Origin: Macrostomum lignano
Lineage: Eukaryota
NCBI GenBank assembly: GCA_002269645.1
Contig: NIVC01001100.1
Coordinates: forward strand, 62,001-126,000
Direction of reading: 5' to 3'
Length of the DNA stretch: 64,000 bases
This document shows, one piece after another, positions 47,332 to 59,059 of this stretch. Numbering within the stretch: position 1 is the first letter of the stretch; every line of letters begins with the position of its first letter. Both the position numbers and the translations under genes were made by a program. The notes beneath the pieces were generated by a model. That model ran no database searches, had not been told where the DNA came from, and saw only the letters and a program-made list of their open reading frames with translations.

Positions 47332-48382
47332 CAAGGACTTCTAGACTAACAGGACGTAAAACTCAAAGATCGTGCAATTTTTTGGAGGCCACGATTTCCT
47401 GGAAAAAATACACTGCGAAGATAGGAAAAAATCAGTTTTTCGTCACAAAATCTGTGATTGTATTTGATCTGGGGCAGTGAAGACTACCATTCTTTTAATT
47501 TAACATGCACAATATGTTACTCTATTATATTTTCATATAGCTGTGTAGTGAAGTTTTCATTTTCATATTGTTTTCACTTTATTTCATGGGCCCAAAGTTG
47601 CAAACTCACAAGTGGCATTAGCCAAATATCAAATTCAAGAAAAGAAAAGCTATTCAAATTTGTGATATAATAATATTTTTAGCCTTTAAAATAAAAATTA
47701 TAAAAGGACTAATCAATGTTTTTTCTTATAGATACCTAGTAAAAATGGTTAGGGCCTATTTTTGTGATTAAGTCTATTCTTCTTAAATCTTAGTCCTAAA
47801 TATAGGCTTGGCTTAAAAACTGATAATACAGCTTTCTCAAGCCTAGGTAACCAACCATATGAAACTATTTATTGGTAATCTATATATAATAAAAAAATCT
47901 AAATATACTAATCTCTAAGTCATTGTCTAAATTGAATTACTTATTAGGCTAGATAGTGTAGTGATAGGTCTAGTTCTAGTTGGCCTAGGAATTAGTATAG
48001 TTACTAAACCTACAATAATAGCTTAAGACTAAGAGTACCTACATGCAATGTTTTTATACTTTATTTTAAAAAGAACAACACAAAAAGTTTGGCTAATGCC
48101 ACTTGTGAGTTTGCAACTTTGGGCTTATGAAATAAAGTGAAAACAATATGAAAATGAAAACTTCACTACACAGCTATATGAAAATATAATAGAGTAACAT
48201 ATTGTGCATGTTAAATTAAAAGAATGGTAGTCTTCACTGCCCCAGATCAAATACAATCACAGATTTTGTGACGAAAAACTGATTTTTTCCTATCTTCGCA
48301 GTGTATTTTTTCCAGGAAATCGTGGCCTCCAAAAAATTGCACGATCTTTGAGTTTTACGTCCTGTTAGTCTAGAAGTCCTTG
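47332..48382. mobile_element. Non-autonomous DNA transposon (foldback MITE, hAT- or P-like), copy 1
   Basis: 1051 bp; 295-bp TIRs (47332-47626 and 48088-48382; 2 mismatches seen); CAAGG...CCTTG ends; 8-bp TSD AGTTCAAT; AT-rich non-coding spacer. Confidence 0.93.
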
Positions 48383-49199
48383 AGTTCAATTTCGCGCTCT
48401 GCTATCGGCCAGGGCGGGAGAACGTGGTGCCAAACGAGCTCAGTCGGACGGCTGTCACCCAACTGGCAAATCGCGATGACTACCTGGCAGAGCAGCTCCG
48501 AGACAGCCTTCTGCAGAATGTCTTCAAGGCCAATCGACTCCAAGCTGCCCAAAGCATCGGATGGCTTCACTGATGCGCTGGACTTTGCAGAGGCAACTCA
48601 GAGGCGCCTGCTGGACAGCCGGGCGCGTGTCCATCAGCAGCTGCAGGCGTCGCAGACCGAGCGCAACGAGCGGTACAACATGGAGACTCGGTTCCGGCCG
48701 TACAAAGAGGGCGACTTGGTGATGCTGAGCTGCAAGGTGGTGAAACCTGGCAGATCAAAAAGCCTCAGTAACCGCTGGACCAGGCCGTACATCATCCTGA
48801 AGAGGCTCGGCGAGGTCAACTACCGAGTGCGGCCGGCCTCGGGTCCCGGCGTGCGGATGCGACGCAGGCAGGTGGTGCACCACGACCGGCTAAAACCATT
48901 TGTGGAACGGCGCAACTCCTTACGGCCCGGCGACGACCTGCAGGCTACCGCAGACGAGACTGCTGACGGACTGGTGGACCCTCAGCTCCAGGCGCCTGAT
49001 GCCTGGGTGCAGCTGTTCGACGGTAACGGCGGACCGGATGAGACAGTGACCGAGACCAATCAGCAAGAGGCTCAGCTGCCGAGACGGTCGGCCAGAGAGC
49101 GAAGACCTCCTGATTTTTATCGCCCAATGTGAATGCTTGATTTTCTGTGAACTTTTGCCATAGACATTGTGTTGCGTCTTTTAAACCCGGGGGAAGTGG

Positions 49200-49415
49200 T
49201 GTGAGCATTTTATGCACCTAAATATTCTAATGTTGTTCGTAGTCCTATTTGTACGTGCTTGCGTATGGGGGGTAGTTGTTTGCAACGTGCGGCTGCGCCC
49301 GTGTTTGTGCAACACCCAAACCCCACCTCAATCTTCGGCTTATAAAATATATCGATTGTCAGGCCTGAGCGCCAAGTCGGTTTTTCTCGCAATCTCAAAC
49401 CTCGCTCGTTTTACA
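49200..49415 (+). repeat. LTR2 (216 bp, shared internal LTR)
   Basis: PPT gggggaagtgg (49189-49199) before it, TATAAAA at 49341-49347 inside it, PBS after it. Confidence 0.93.
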
Positions 49416-49416
49416 C

Positions 49417-49431
49417 TGGTGGCAGCGATGG
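49417..49431 (+). promoter_or_regulatory. Primer-binding site complementary to tRNA-Leu 3' end (also at 46583 and 54239)
   Basis: TGGTGGCAGCGATGG one nt after the LTR. The 3' end of eukaryotic tRNA-Leu (..CCACCGCTGCCACCA) pairs perfectly with the first 11 nt. Confidence 0.8.
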
Positions 49432-50264
49432 ACTCAACTCACACAAGTGAAAATAATGCTGCTTTGCTACCGCCGAAATTCTACGGCCAGTCAAACGTGC
49501 ACAAATGACTCAGTGTCTTCGAAGACTTTGTAGAGGACAAAGGCTGGGACGACGCACAGTCTGCTTCGAAGCTGAAGCTCCTGCTGCATGGTGAAGCCCA
49601 GATATGCGTTTGGGATCTGCTGGAGGCTGATAGGAAAAGCTACAAAAAGATAAAAGAGGTGCTACAAAAGCAGTTCGGCGGAGCAGCCAGCCAGCATCGC
49701 GCCATGGAAGAGTTCCAAGATCGACGGAGAAACAGCGCAGAGACCCTGCGAGAGCTTTCGTACTCCTTGAGGCTGCTGTACATGACAGCACGGCCTGATG
49801 ACTCCTCGGCGCTGCGAGATCGTGAGGTGAAATTTCGAAAAATTCAGCTAATGACTGCGGACATACGCGACACCCTGCTCAAGGACAGGGACCTGGACTC
49901 CTGCACGCTGGAGGAGCTGGTCGAGCGGGCCACGAGGCTGGAGCAAATCGCGAGCAAATGCAAACCAGGCAACTCGCCCGCAGTGGCGATGGTTGACGAT
50001 CGACTGGCACGGCTGGAGCAGCAGCTGGAGACCCTGACGGCTGCGGTGACGAGGGGCGGCAGCGCGAGAGGACGCGGTGGCGGCAGGCCGAGAGATCAGC
50101 AGCAGCGGTCATCAGGCTGCTTTCGGTGCGGTAAGGAAGGCCACATCGCCCGCCGGTGCCCTGCTGGCGGATCTCAGGGCCAAGGTCGCTGCTTCAACTG
50201 CTCCGGCTGGGGCCACGGCGCGGCTGTCTGTCCGTCAAAGGCTCGGCCGTCGGGAAACTTCTGA
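49428..50264 (+). pseudogene. gag: gag (unit 2), two CCHC zinc knuckles, premature TGA at codon 27
   Basis: MDSTHT...NVHK*LSVFEDFVEDKGWDD..KLKLLLHGEA continues in the same frame; CFRCGKEGHIARRC and CFNCSGWGHGAAVC. Confidence 0.88.
50252..50258 (+). promoter_or_regulatory. -1 ribosomal frameshift slippery site G GGA AAC (also 55074-55080)
   Basis: XXXYYYZ heptamer in gag phase, two codons before the gag stop; pol lies in the -1 frame. Confidence 0.75.
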
Positions 50265-52153
50265 GGATTGGCAGCGAAGGGCCAGCTCCAACCCGTCAAT
50301 CAAGTGCCCAATCTGCACTCTCAATATTCGTGCGTGCGCCTCTGCAAGGCAATGAGGTCAGTTTCCTGCTCGACACTGGCGCACAGACATCCTTGATCAG
50401 CCGCAGCCTCGCGCAAGTCTGCGGCCTTCAGATCGAGCCCGGTGGAAGCTGCTGCCCGACTTCGGTCGATGGTGGCCGCCTGAGTTGCATCGGGATTGCC
50501 CGAGCCACAATTCAAGTCGGCCAGTCAGTCAAGGTTGTCCATGAGCTCAACGTGGTGGAGAACATCAGTCTGGATCTCATCCTCGGCATGGACTTCATCA
50601 CCCGAACCACCCGAGAGCTTCAGATCGACATCGTTGGTAGGACCGTATGCCTCAACGGAGAGAAAGTCCCGTTCTTCAACAGCAGCTCAAGCGTCCGAAT
50701 GGTGACCGGCACCCTCGTTGCTCGAGTGGAAAGCAAAACAAGTGTTCCAGCACGAAGCGAAAAGCTGGTGTGGCTCCGCGTCAAGTCGGAAGACGAGCAA
50801 GGCATCTTCGAGCCCGACGCCAACTTTACCCAAGCGACTGGTTTGCTTGTCTCGAGAGTTTTGACCGTTTCAGCTGATCAGAAGATTCCAATCCGGGTGT
50901 GCAATTTAGGCTCCGAGGAGGTGCTACTCTACGCCAACAAGGCCGTCGGCTCTTTTGAAGCTGCCGACCTGATCAACAACAGCGCTGGCACAGTCAAGCA
51001 GACGGACTGCTGGGATGTCAACCCTGACTTGGATGCGGCTGACAGGCAGAGACTACTGGCACTACTCAAGGCGAACGGTGACCTGTTCAGCACTCACGAG
51101 TACGACCTCGGCTCCACCGCGCTGCTGAAACATAGTATCGAGCTGCAGCCCGGCACGCAGCCCTACAAGCAGCGCCAGCGACCGATTCCGCTGCCGGTTC
51201 GTGACCAGGTCGACCAGAAAATTGGCCAGATGCTGGAGCACGACATCATTGAGCCGTCCAACTCGCCCTGGGCCAGCAATCTTATCGTCGTCCGGAAAAA
51301 GAGCGGCGACATCTGCCTATGCACCGACTGGCGTCAGTTGAACTCTGTGACCATCAAGGACGCCTACCCCCTGCCGCACCTGCAACAATCGATGGATGCT
51401 CTGGCGGGCTGCTCTTGGTTTACCACCATCGACTGAAAGCAGGGGTTCAACCAGATCGTGGTCGACGAGGCAGACCGCTACAAGACTGCTTTCTATTCCA
51501 CACGAGGCCTTATGCAGTTCAAGAAGATGGGCTTCGGTATGTGCAACTCTCCTGCGACCTTCCAGAGGCTAATGGAGCTCGTTATGTCCGGCCTGACCTG
51601 GGAGGAGGTGCTAGTCTACGTGGACGACTTGATCGTGTTCAGTCGGAGCTTCGAAGAGCATCTGGCCAGCCTGCGCAAAGTTTTCGACCGGCTGCGAGCT
51701 GCGGGACTGAAGCTCAACAAGGACAAGTCGGTGTTCGCTCACAGGAGCGTGAAGTACCTGGGCCACATCGTCAGCCGGGAAGGAATTCGGCCGGATCCGG
51801 ACAAAGTGGAGGCCCTGGCCAAGATTCAGTCACCAAGTTCTGCCGAGGAGGTGCGACGATTCATCGGCATGTTGTGCTTCTATCGCAGATTCATCAGGGA
51901 CTTCAGCAAGACAGCGGCACCACTGCATGCCGCAACACAGAAGACGGGCTTCACCTGGACAGACGAGTGCGAGACGGCCTTCCAGACGCTCAAGGAGCAA
52001 CTTGTTTGGAGTCTCAAGCACTTCAGAGCCTACCTGTGCAGCGTGAAAAACTTCACTGTGTTTACCGATCACCAGCCGCTCAAGGGCCTGCTGCAGACCA
52101 AGGAGCCAGAGGGTCGGCTGGCACGTTGGCTCGACACCATCCAGCAGTTCAAT
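50258..52153 (+). pseudogene. pol: pol (unit 2): aspartic protease, RT, deleted RNase H
   Basis: FLLDTGA, PSNSPWAS, TTID*KQGFNQI (in-frame TGA at 51434-51436), FGMCNSPATFQR, YVDD, LGHIVS. RNase H lacks its TDAS segment (LKEQL joined to VWSLKHFR). Confidence 0.92.
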
Positions 52154-53204
52154 CAAGGACTTCTAGACTAACAGGACGTAAAACTCAAAGATCGTGCAAT
52201 TTTTTGGAGGCCACGATTTCCTGGAAAAAATACACTGCGAAGATAGGAAAAAATCAGTTTTTCGTCACAAAATCTGTGATTGTATTTGATCTGGGGCAGT
52301 GAAGACTACCATTCTTTTAATTTAACATGCACAATATGTTACTCTATTATATTTTCATATAGCTGTGTAGTGAAGTTTTCATTTTCATATTGTTTTCACT
52401 TTATTTCATGGGCCCAAAGTTGCAAACTCACAAGTGGCATTAGCCAAATATCAAATTCAAGAAAAGAAAAGCTATTCAAATTTGTGATATAATAATATTT
52501 TTAGCCTTTAAAATAAAAATTATAAAAGGACTAATCAATGTTTTTTCTTATAGATACCTAGTAAAAATGGTTAGGGCCTATTTTTGTGATTAAGTCTATT
52601 CTTCTTAAATCTTAGTCCTAAATATAGGCTTGGCTTAAAAACTGATAATACAGCTTTCTCAAGCCTAGGTAACCAACCATATGAAACTATTTATTGGTAA
52701 TCTATATATAATAAAAAAATCTAAATATACTAATCTCTAAGTCATTGTCTAAATTGAATTACTTATTAGGCTAGATAGTGTAGTGATAGGTCTAGTTCTA
52801 GTTGGCCTAGGAATTAGTATAGTTACTAAACCTACAATAATAGCTTAAGACTAAGAGTACCTACATGCAATGTTTTTATACTTTATTTTAAAAAGAACAA
52901 CACAAAAAGTTTGGCTAATGCCACTTGTGAGTTTGCAACTTTGGGCTTATGAAATAAAGTGAAAACAATATGAAAATGAAAACTTCACTACACAGCTATA
53001 TGAAAATATAATAGAGTAACATATTGTGCATGTTAAATTAAAAGAATGGTAGTCTTCACTGCCCCAGATCAAATACAATCACAGATTTTGTGACGAAAAA
53101 CTGATTTTTTCCTATCTTCGCAGTGTATTTTTTCCAGGAAATCGTGGCCTCCAAAAAATTGCACGATCTTTGAGTTTTACGTCCTGTTAGTCTAGAAGTC
53201 CTTG
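52154..53204. mobile_element. Foldback MITE, copy 2
   Basis: Same TIRs, TSD and insertion site as copy 1. Confidence 0.93.
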
Positions 53205-53954
53205 AGTTCAATTTCGCGCTCTGCTATCGGCCAGGGCGGGAGAACGTGGTGCCAAACGAGCTCAGTCGGACGGCTGTCACCCAACTGGCAAATCGCGATG
53301 ACTACCTGGCAGAGCAGCTCCGAGACAGCCTTCTGCAGAATGTCTTCAAGGCCAATCGACTCCAAGCTGCCCAAAGCATCGGATGGCTTCACTGATGCGC
53401 TGGACTTTGCAGAGGCAACTCAGAGGCGCCTGCTGGACAGCCGGGCGCGTGTCCATCAGCAGCTGCAGGCGTCGCAGACCGAGCGCAACGAGCGGTACAA
53501 CATGGAGACTCGGTTCCGGCCGTACAAAGAGGGCGACTTGGTGATGCTGAGCTGCAAGGTGGTGAAACCTGGCAGATCAAAAAGCCTCAGTAACCGCTGG
53601 ACCAGGCCGTACATCATCCTGAAGAGGCTCGGCGAGGTCAACTACCGAGTGCGGCCGGCCTCGGGTCCCGGCGTGCGGATGCGACGCAGGCAGGTGGTGC
53701 ACCACGACCGGCTAAAACCATTTGTGGAACGGCGCAACTCCTTACGGCCCGGCGACGACCTGCAGGCTACCGCAGACGAGACTGCTGACGGACTGGTGGA
53801 CCCTCAGCTCCAGGCGCCTGATGCCTGGGTGCAGCTGTTCGACGGTAACGGCGGACCGGATGAGACAGTGACCGAGACCAATCAGCAAGAGGCTCAGCTG
53901 CCGAGACGGTCGGCCAGAGAGCGAAGACCTCCTGATTTTTATCGCCCAATGTGA
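53205..53954 (+). pseudogene. pol: pol remainder (unit 2): RNase H end plus integrase C-terminal GPY/F-like region; HHCC and DDE core absent (also 48383-49132 and 58027-58776)
   Basis: FALCYRPGRENVVPNELSR (RNase H end), then in another frame YKEGDLVML...WTRPYIILKRLGEVNYRV...VVHHDRLKPF. Confidence 0.85.
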
Positions 53955-54021
53955 ATGCTTGATTTTCTGTGAACTTTTGCCATAGACATTGTGTTGCGTC
54001 TTTTAAACCCGGGGGAAGTGG

Positions 54022-54237
54022 TGTGAGCATTTTATGCACCTAAATATTCTAATGTTGTTCGTAGTCCTATTTGTACGTGCTTGCGTATGGGGGGTAGTTG
54101 TTTGCAACGTGCGGCTGCGCCCGTGTTTGTGCAACACCCAAACCCCACCTCAATCTTCGGCTTATAAAATATATCGATTGTCAGGCCTGAGCGCCAAGTC
54201 GGTTTTTCTCGCAATCTCAAACCTCGCTCGTTTTACA
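54022..54237 (+). repeat. LTR3 (216 bp, shared internal LTR)
   Basis: Identical to LTR2 by eye, with PPT before and PBS after. Confidence 0.93.
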
Positions 54238-54249
54238 CTGGTGGCAGCG

Positions 54250-56975
54250 ATGGACTCAACTCACACAAGTGAAAATAATGCTGCTTTGCTACCGCCGAAA
54301 TTCTACGGCCAGTCAAACGTGCACAAATGACTCAGTGTCTTCGAAGACTTTGTAGAGGACAAAGGCTGGGACGACGCACAGTCTGCTTCGAAGCTGAAGC
54401 TCCTGCTGCATGGTGAAGCCCAGATATGCGTTTGGGATCTGCTGGAGGCTGATAGGAAAAGCTACAAAAAGATAAAAGAGGTGCTACAAAAGCAGTTCGG
54501 CGGAGCAGCCAGCCAGCATCGCGCCATGGAAGAGTTCCAAGATCGACGGAGAAACAGCGCAGAGACCCTGCGAGAGCTTTCGTACTCCTTGAGGCTGCTG
54601 TACATGACAGCACGGCCTGATGACTCCTCGGCGCTGCGAGATCGTGAGGTGAAATTTCGAAAAATTCAGCTAATGACTGCGGACATACGCGACACCCTGC
54701 TCAAGGACAGGGACCTGGACTCCTGCACGCTGGAGGAGCTGGTCGAGCGGGCCACGAGGCTGGAGCAAATCGCGAGCAAATGCAAACCAGGCAACTCGCC
54801 CGCAGTGGCGATGGTTGACGATCGACTGGCACGGCTGGAGCAGCAGCTGGAGACCCTGACGGCTGCGGTGACGAGGGGCGGCAGCGCGAGAGGACGCGGT
54901 GGCGGCAGGCCGAGAGATCAGCAGCAGCGGTCATCAGGCTGCTTTCGGTGCGGTAAGGAAGGCCACATCGCCCGCCGGTGCCCTGCTGGCGGATCTCAGG
55001 GCCAAGGTCGCTGCTTCAACTGCTCCGGCTGGGGCCACGGCGCGGCTGTCTGTCCGTCAAAGGCTCGGCCGTCGGGAAACTTCTGAGGATTGGCAGCGAA
55101 GGGCCAGCTCCAACCCGTCAATCAAGTGCCCAATCTGCACTCTCAATATTCGTGCGTGCGCCTCTGCAAGGCAATGAGGTCAGTTTCCTGCTCGACACTG
55201 GCGCACAGACATCCTTGATCAGCCGCAGCCTCGCGCAAGTCTGCGGCCTTCAGATCGAGCCCGGTGGAAGCTGCTGCCCGACTTCGGTCGATGGTGGCCG
55301 CCTGAGTTGCATCGGGATTGCCCGAGCCACAATTCAAGTCGGCCAGTCAGTCAAGGTTGTCCATGAGCTCAACGTGGTGGAGAACATCAGTCTGGATCTC
55401 ATCCTCGGCATGGACTTCATCACCCGAACCACCCGAGAGCTTCAGATCGACATCGTTGGTAGGACCGTATGCCTCAACGGAGAGAAAGTCCCGTTCTTCA
55501 ACAGCAGCTCAAGCGTCCGAATGGTGACCGGCACCCTCGTTGCTCGAGTGGAAAGCAAAACAAGTGTTCCAGCACGAAGCGAAAAGCTGGTGTGGCTCCG
55601 CGTCAAGTCGGAAGACGAGCAAGGCATCTTCGAGCCCGACGCCAACTTTACCCAAGCGACTGGTTTGCTTGTCTCGAGAGTTTTGACCGTTTCAGCTGAT
55701 CAGAAGATTCCAATCCGGGTGTGCAATTTAGGCTCCGAGGAGGTGCTACTCTACGCCAACAAGGCCGTCGGCTCTTTTGAAGCTGCCGACCTGATCAACA
55801 ACAGCGCTGGCACAGTCAAGCAGACGGACTGCTGGGATGTCAACCCTGACTTGGATGCGGCTGACAGGCAGAGACTACTGGCACTACTCAAGGCGAACGG
55901 TGACCTGTTCAGCACTCACGAGTACGACCTCGGCTCCACCGCGCTGCTGAAACATAGTATCGAGCTGCAGCCCGGCACGCAGCCCTACAAGCAGCGCCAG
56001 CGACCGATTCCGCTGCCGGTTCGTGACCAGGTCGACCAGAAAATTGGCCAGATGCTGGAGCACGACATCATTGAGCCGTCCAACTCGCCCTGGGCCAGCA
56101 ATCTTATCGTCGTCCGGAAAAAGAGCGGCGACATCTGCCTATGCACCGACTGGCGTCAGTTGAACTCTGTGACCATCAAGGACGCCTACCCCCTGCCGCA
56201 CCTGCAACAATCGATGGATGCTCTGGCGGGCTGCTCTTGGTTTACCACCATCGACTGAAAGCAGGGGTTCAACCAGATCGTGGTCGACGAGGCAGACCGC
56301 TACAAGACTGCTTTCTATTCCACACGAGGCCTTATGCAGTTCAAGAAGATGGGCTTCGGTATGTGCAACTCTCCTGCGACCTTCCAGAGGCTAATGGAGC
56401 TCGTTATGTCCGGCCTGACCTGGGAGGAGGTGCTAGTCTACGTGGACGACTTGATCGTGTTCAGTCGGAGCTTCGAAGAGCATCTGGCCAGCCTGCGCAA
56501 AGTTTTCGACCGGCTGCGAGCTGCGGGACTGAAGCTCAACAAGGACAAGTCGGTGTTCGCTCACAGGAGCGTGAAGTACCTGGGCCACATCGTCAGCCGG
56601 GAAGGAATTCGGCCGGATCCGGACAAAGTGGAGGCCCTGGCCAAGATTCAGTCACCAAGTTCTGCCGAGGAGGTGCGACGATTCATCGGCATGTTGTGCT
56701 TCTATCGCAGATTCATCAGGGACTTCAGCAAGACAGCGGCACCACTGCATGCCGCAACACAGAAGACGGGCTTCACCTGGACAGACGAGTGCGAGACGGC
56801 CTTCCAGACGCTCAAGGAGCAACTTGTTTGGAGTCTCAAGCACTTCAGAGCCTACCTGTGCAGCGTGAAAAACTTCACTGTGTTTACCGATCACCAGCCG
56901 CTCAAGGGCCTGCTGCAGACCAAGGAGCCAGAGGGTCGGCTGGCACGTTGGCTCGACACCATCCAGCAGTTCAAT
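54250..56975 (+). pseudogene. gag-pol (unit 3), copy of unit 2 with the same lesions
   Basis: The ORF track is identical at a +4822 offset. Confidence 0.92.
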
Positions 56976-58026
56976 CAAGGACTTCTAGACTAACAGGACG
57001 TAAAACTCAAAGATCGTGCAATTTTTTGGAGGCCACGATTTCCTGGAAAAAATACACTGCGAAGATAGGAAAAAATCAGTTTTTCGTCACAAAATCTGTG
57101 ATTGTATTTGATCTGGGGCAGTGAAGACTACCATTCTTTTAATTTAACATGCACAATATGTTACTCTATTATATTTTCATATAGCTGTGTAGTGAAGTTT
57201 TCATTTTCATATTGTTTTCACTTTATTTCATGGGCCCAAAGTTGCAAACTCACAAGTGGCATTAGCCAAATATCAAATTCAAGAAAAGAAAAGCTATTCA
57301 AATTTGTGATATAATAATATTTTTAGCCTTTAAAATAAAAATTATAAAAGGACTAATCAATGTTTTTTCTTATAGATACCTAGTAAAAATGGTTAGGGCC
57401 TATTTTTGTGATTAAGTCTATTCTTCTTAAATCTTAGTCCTAAATATAGGCTTGGCTTAAAAACTGATAATACAGCTTTCTCAAGCCTAGGTAACCAACC
57501 ATATGAAACTATTTATTGGTAATCTATATATAATAAAAAAATCTAAATATACTAATCTCTAAGTCATTGTCTAAATTGAATTACTTATTAGGCTAGATAG
57601 TGTAGTGATAGGTCTAGTTCTAGTTGGCCTAGGAATTAGTATAGTTACTAAACCTACAATAATAGCTTAAGACTAAGAGTACCTACATGCAATGTTTTTA
57701 TACTTTATTTTAAAAAGAACAACACAAAAAGTTTGGCTAATGCCACTTGTGAGTTTGCAACTTTGGGCTTATGAAATAAAGTGAAAACAATATGAAAATG
57801 AAAACTTCACTACACAGCTATATGAAAATATAATAGAGTAACATATTGTGCATGTTAAATTAAAAGAATGGTAGTCTTCACTGCCCCAGATCAAATACAA
57901 TCACAGATTTTGTGACGAAAAACTGATTTTTTCCTATCTTCGCAGTGTATTTTTTCCAGGAAATCGTGGCCTCCAAAAAATTGCACGATCTTTGAGTTTT
58001 ACGTCCTGTTAGTCTAGAAGTCCTTG
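56976..58026. mobile_element. Foldback MITE, copy 3
   Basis: Same TIRs, TSD and insertion site as copy 1. Confidence 0.93.
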
Positions 58027-58843
58027 AGTTCAATTTCGCGCTCTGCTATCGGCCAGGGCGGGAGAACGTGGTGCCAAACGAGCTCAGTCGGACGGCTGTC
58101 ACCCAACTGGCAAATCGCGATGACTACCTGGCAGAGCAGCTCCGAGACAGCCTTCTGCAGAATGTCTTCAAGGCCAATCGACTCCAAGCTGCCCAAAGCA
58201 TCGGATGGCTTCACTGATGCGCTGGACTTTGCAGAGGCAACTCAGAGGCGCCTGCTGGACAGCCGGGCGCGTGTCCATCAGCAGCTGCAGGCGTCGCAGA
58301 CCGAGCGCAACGAGCGGTACAACATGGAGACTCGGTTCCGGCCGTACAAAGAGGGCGACTTGGTGATGCTGAGCTGCAAGGTGGTGAAACCTGGCAGATC
58401 AAAAAGCCTCAGTAACCGCTGGACCAGGCCGTACATCATCCTGAAGAGGCTCGGCGAGGTCAACTACCGAGTGCGGCCGGCCTCGGGTCCCGGCGTGCGG
58501 ATGCGACGCAGGCAGGTGGTGCACCACGACCGGCTAAAACCATTTGTGGAACGGCGCAACTCCTTACGGCCCGGCGACGACCTGCAGGCTACCGCAGACG
58601 AGACTGCTGACGGACTGGTGGACCCTCAGCTCCAGGCGCCTGATGCCTGGGTGCAGCTGTTCGACGGTAACGGCGGACCGGATGAGACAGTGACCGAGAC
58701 CAATCAGCAAGAGGCTCAGCTGCCGAGACGGTCGGCCAGAGAGCGAAGACCTCCTGATTTTTATCGCCCAATGTGAATGCTTGATTTTCTGTGAACTTTT
58801 GCCATAGACATTGTGTTGCGTCTTTTAAACCCGGGGGAAGTGG

Positions 58844-59059
58844 TGTGAGCATTTTATGCACCTAAATATTCTAATGTTGTTCGTAGTCCTATTTGTACGT
58901 GCTTGCGTATGGGGGGTAGTTGTTTGCAACGTGCGGCTGCGCCCGTGTTTGTGCAACACCCAAACCCCACCTCAATCTTCGGCTTATAAAATATATCGAT
59001 TGTCAGGCCTGAGCGCCAAGTCGGTTTTTCTCGCAATCTCAAACCTCGCTCTTTTTACA
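58844..59059 (+). repeat. LTR4 (216 bp, original 3' LTR)
   Basis: PPT before, TSD AGAT after, no PBS. Confidence 0.93.

Larger units (their letters stand above)
46370..59059 (+). mobile_element. Tandem array of a defective Ty3/Gypsy LTR retrotransposon (LTR-int-LTR-int-LTR-int-LTR)
   Basis: Four TG...CA LTRs, 4822-bp period, domain order gag-PR-RT-RNaseH-INT(C-term), and a 4-bp TSD AGAT at 46366-46369 and 59060-59063. Confidence 0.96.

Noticed and set aside
49506-51436. Two in-frame TGA codons (gag and RT) as possible recoding or selenocysteine
   Set aside because: Expected residues differ (Trp in gag, Leu in RT), host genes use TGA as stop, and the element has other inactivating deletions, so these are ordinary nonsense mutations.
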